DNA of 64,000 bases. It comes from Azolla caroliniana. Its lineage: Eukaryota; Plantae; Polypodiophyta. Under the pieces are notes generated by a model, which did not search any database, was not told where the DNA came from, and worked only from the letters and a program-made list of their open reading frames with translations. The DNA is taken from NCBI GenBank assembly GCA_043228905.1, contig JBHGNT010000012.1, positions 8,680,001 through 8,744,000 of the forward strand, given 5' to 3'. Of this stretch, positions 59,898 to 64,000 are shown one piece after another (positions within the stretch are counted from its first letter, which is position 1; every line of letters starts with the position of its first letter). A program made the position numbers and the translations under genes.

Positions 59898-61205
59898 ATG
59901 CCAGATCTAGATGCAAGAAGGTCAGCAATCTTAGTTGCCTGTATGGCATGCAAAGTGGCAATTCTTGTGATATTAGAACATTTGCAAAATGAAGAAGATG
60001 GGGGTGGATTTTCCATTTCTTCACAAGCTCATATCCTTCCGCTGATTCACAAACTTCAATGTATGATTGTTGCCATAGCTCAGCATAATGATAAGAGAAG
60101 GAAACTTACACATGAATGGTGGGTAAAACCTCGCTCAGCTGGATGGGCAAATAGAGTCTTTGCTGGAATGATAGACATTTCTACATTTAGAAGCCATTTC
60201 CGAATGTCGCCTTCCACCATGGAATGGCTTTGTCAACAAGTAGCCCCTTTGGTTGAAAGAATGGATACTCACTATCGACAATGCGTACCTGTGAAGAAGA
60301 GAGTTGCGATGGCTTTGTTTCGATTAACAACGGGAGCTAAGTATTCAGAAGTTGCTGAGAAGTTTGGTTTAGGTGAATCAACTGCTTTTATATGCACACG
60401 GCAGCTTTGCGAAGCTCTTTGCTCTCGGTTTAAGCATTATTTGGCATTTCCAAAGCCTGATTCTCTTGCGAGAATAGTGAAGAAATTTGAACAAACAAGC
60501 GGTTTATCCAATTGTTGTGGTGCGATTGATTGCATGCGGTTCAAGATAAGGAGGCCAACGGGTCCACATGCGGGAGAGTATTATGATGGGAACATGTTTC
60601 ATAGTGTTATTGCTCAAGTTGTTGTGGATGCAGATTCCAGAATTCTCAATATTGCAGCGGGATTCTCTGGTGGCACTGGTGACTCTAAAGTATTACGGCT
60701 CTCAGCTTTATACGATGATGTTCAATCACAGAAGCTTCTCAATGGTTCTTCAGTCCATCTAGGGGGTGGTTTAGATATACCTCAGTATCTTGTCGGTGAT
60801 GGAGGGTTCCCACTTTTACCATGGCTTATGGTACCTTATGAAGATGTGGATTTTCACCCTTATAAGGTTCAATTCAATCAAAAGCATTCCATTGCTCGTC
60901 GATCTGTTTTGAGAACATTTGCCTCGCTCAAGAAATGGAAGATTTTCGATAGAGCTATGTCTGTCGATGTGAAGACTGCAGTGTCTATGATTGGTGCTTG
61001 TTCGATCTTGCACAATATGCTTCTATATAAGGGTGAGCCTCTTGATCTTGATGAAGATAGGCTCCAAGATTATAACAAACATGATTCATTGATTCAATAT
61101 GATAAGGATTATGTAGAGGATGAAGAAATATCTTCAGAGGATCATGTGATGGCCTTTCATATTAGAGATGCCCTTGCTATTGGGACAGAGCAGCAGGATC
61201 CTTAA
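59898..61205 (+). CDS. Domesticated PIF/Harbinger transposase (HARBI1/ALP1-like), 435 aa
   Basis: Motifs WWVKPRS, FRSHFRMS, RVAMALFRLTTG, CCGAIDC, QYLVGDGGFPLLPWLMVPY, FNQKHS and ACSILHNML. No TIRs. A probable 5' UTR intron starts at CAG|GTGAGG near 58848. Confidence 0.92.
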   Translation: MPDLDARRSAILVACMACKVAILVILEHLQNEEDGGGFSISSQAHILPLIHKLQCMIVAIAQHNDKRRKLTHEWWVKPRSAGWANRVFAGMIDISTFRSHFRMSPSTMEWLCQQVAPLVERMDTHYRQCVPVKKRVAMALFRLTTGAKYSEVAEKFGLGESTAFICTRQLCEALCSRFKHYLAFPKPDSLARIVKKFEQTSGLSNCCGAIDCMRFKIRRPTGPHAGEYYDGNMFHSVIAQVVVDADSRILNIAAGFSGGTGDSKVLRLSALYDDVQSQKLLNGSSVHLGGGLDIPQYLVGDGGFPLLPWLMVPYEDVDFHPYKVQFNQKHSIARRSVLRTFASLKKWKIFDRAMSVDVKTAVSMIGACSILHNMLLYKGEPLDLDEDRLQDYNKHDSLIQYDKDYVEDEEISSEDHVMAFHIRDALAIGTEQQDP

Positions 61206-63340
61206 AGTATTTACATGAATTACAAAGAAAAGTTTATATAGCTTCATCAACAACTTAGTTCCCTCTTACCGAGTTGGAATTTGATGGCATATTATCTGTC
61301 ATGGAGAAAATATCATCAGAAAAGATTCTATTCGAGACATTGTATCCTGACATTACAGATTTACGTGACAGGAAACAAAGTTTTCCATGCAAAATGACAA
61401 CTCCTTTCTGCTATACGAAATGATCTATTAACAATATTACTGAATATATTCAAAGATCAAGTGACTTAGAGAGTCTCAAATCCAAAATTGGTTCTAGTCT
61501 TGTGATGCTTTTAAAAAAAGAAAGATATTTGGGTTAAACAAATTGAATGCAATAGTTTTGTTTTTGGCCATGTAGAGGAGCTCTTTGGGTTAAACAAATT
61601 AAATGCAATAATTTTGTTTTTGGTCATGTAGAGGGACTCTTTAGGGTATGATGTTAATCACACACCTATTGAAGAAGAGAAACTCTCTCATTGAATCATG
61701 GCTTTCTATTGGTCCTTAGTTTTGTATTAAATTTTGCAGCAGGCTGTTATTCGAATTTATCCTATTTCAGTAGGCATGGCATCCTATGCGTAAGGATATC
61801 GCAACCTGTTTTTATCAAAGAATTAAGTATAACTGCATGAATGCCAGAGTGAAGGATCATGACAATGATTGATGTGGCCCTGTAAAGCTGACATGCCAGG
61901 TATATGACTTTGGTATACGATATTGTGTTTATATATAAATGAAGCCTTTTCCACTATTTCTCATGTTGTGCATATATTATTTGGTGTAGGTTTTCCTGGC
62001 ATCAACGTTAGTATGTACATTAACCCTGAAGACTTCAAGCATGTTGCTTGTTTGATCACCATTAGCAATATCCTTTGCTTCATTGATACAAATCCCAAGC
62101 CTGACCACCATAAAAAACAAATAGTTCATAATAGTCAGAAACCTCCCTAGGACAATTTGGTGGCCTAGCTACAAAAGAAAGCATCAGAACTACAAGGTTA
62201 TTATCAAGCTTGTTGCCAATTTGCATCAACTTCAATATGAACATTAACCTTAAACATTCCAAGGATGTTGCCTGGTTGATCACTACTAACAATATGTTTG
62301 CTTCATTGACACAAATACCAAGCCTCACCACCATAAAATAACAAATAATTCATAATAGTTAGAAACACCCTAAAGCAATTGGTGGCCTAACTAGGAAAGA
62401 ATGCCTCAGAACTACAGGTTATTGAATATCATGTTCATGGTGGCAAATGAAAAGCAAGCCATGATTTATAACCTTAAAATATTGCCAAATGCATCAAAGA
62501 GATAGAAGTAAACCATTCATCAATAATTAAGTGGACTAGTGCAAAGGGATAAATCCACTAGGTTCATCTAAGAACGTTTATAAAATGACAATGTGGTCAA
62601 AGTTTAATTTTGCAAAAGGGGTTAAATTTACTTATGCAAAATTAAGAAGGGATAGAAAGCAACATTTTGCAGAGGGATAAATCCACTACGTTCATCTAAA
62701 AACATTCAATGGCTTTTATTTAAAATTCTCTAAGATGCAAAAAATCGTTCTCTGCTGCTATCATCATACAGCATTCAAGTCTGGCATCCAGCCCATTCAC
62801 TGCAATTACTAGATATGCTTAAACCCCTCTTAAACTTCACATTGCATTTGAAGTATATACTCCCTGCCAATGACATCTTAGTGTGATGCACTAATAACCT
62901 CTTATCTGATGATTTCTGAAATAATATTACATCATTATGATTATAGCAATGGTCTAGATATTTAGAATTATCAAAATAGGCAACGCATACAAATGTCCCA
63001 ATCACATGAAAAATGAAGATTAAGCACAATCACATGTGTATTTTCTTTTCATTATTTGATTTTTGTGCCCATTGTTTCACTCTTTTGCAATACTTTTAAT
63101 CTTCTAAGATCAGTTTGCATCCAAAGCGTGCCAAAATGAATTTAAAGCACATATATTTGTATCTTTAAAATATATTCATTCATTCCAAGAGATCTCTCAC
63201 GTTGAAAGATATTCATACATTTGAATCCCTCTGCTCCTATTTCTATACAGGTTTTGAGGCCTTATATACTAATTGATCCATAAACCATACCACAAAGATC
63301 ATGGGATTAAAATTGAACTGGGGGCAAATGGCACAGATAT

Positions 63341-63646
63341 TCACGTGTAAAGTGAAGGATAAGTGACTCCTACCTCTCTAGTAGCATCACCATTACCAAG
63401 ATAATTCTCGTTATTTATAGCCAAAGGGTGCTCTCCTGAAATGGTAGTTTTTCTAGTCTTATTGTTCTTTAAAGTGGTAATGTATGCAGCACTTGGACTT
63501 TGAGGTCCTAGCTCACCATTAACCATTGAAAATGATATGCTCGATGAAGCTTTGCTCGCAGCAGGTGGTAGCCCTGTTTCATCTGATATACTCGATGAGG
63601 ACCGGCCTGATATGATTTCATAGTTCAAGGGCAATTCTTCCAATGT
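63341..63646 (-). CDS. Possible terminal exon of a gene extending beyond the window end
   Basis: Acceptor-like TTCTTGCAG precedes an open Ser-rich frame (TLEELPLNYEIISGRSSSS...) that ends in TGA. Confidence 0.35.
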   Translation of the reverse strand, partial: TLEELPLNYEIISGRSSSSISDETGLPPAASKASSSISFSMVNGELGPQSPSAAYITTLKNNKTRKTTISGEHPLAINNENYLGNGDATREVGVTYPSLYT

Positions 63647-64000
63647 CTGCAAGAATATTCAAATGTCCCAATGCATGTTTCAAGAACAACGTGAGTTCAT
63701 TATACATTATAAAGCACACAGAAAATATATAATACGAAGCCTCACTCATAAATATAAGAGACTTCACGCTTTCTCATAAGTTACCATTAACATTTGAGAT
63801 TTCAATTACATAAACATGATGATGTAATGGTGCAGTGTGGAGTTTTGTAACATTAATGTTGTGGGTTTAAGTCTTTACCAATGGTTTGCAATCTTGCACA
63901 CTAGCAGTTTGCACTTGAAATGTATACGTTTACAACATTGTCATTGACATGTTTTTCCACAGCACAAGGAGTGACAACATACATTGCCATTTACAAGGCT

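Overview
Eukaryotic nuclear DNA from a land plant, most likely a seed-free plant such as a fern. That assignment is an inference from a PKA-like kinase, a giant PLS-E PPR protein and Tcn1-type chromoviruses. 1-17.6 kb is a nest of transposons: a young Ty3/gypsy chromovirus (gag, -1 frame pol, 5' LTR), two decayed Ty1/copia elements, LTR relics and hAT-type MITEs. 17.7-22.3 kb is an intact two-ORF LINE sitting in a (CT)n tract. Host genes are a 4-exon Mpv17/PMP22 gene (+), a 12-exon PKA catalytic-subunit-like kinase (-), an intronless ~1,400-aa PLS-E PPR gene (-), a probable 2-exon coiled-coil orphan (-) and a catalytically altered HARBI1/ALP1-like gene (+). 35.7-44 kb is a second nest, where one hAT MITE holds a decayed gypsy element (itself holding a MITE) and a complete TRIM. 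The strongest leads are: (1) a LINE ORF2 with no AUG before its endonuclease domain, in frame behind a single TAG; (2) a chromovirus that appears to self-prime and carries a tRNA-like A/B-box module in U3; (3) a plant PKA-like gene; (4) a TRIM with a tRNA-Ala-type PBS and a 4-bp TSD. All calls were made by eye and no searches were run.
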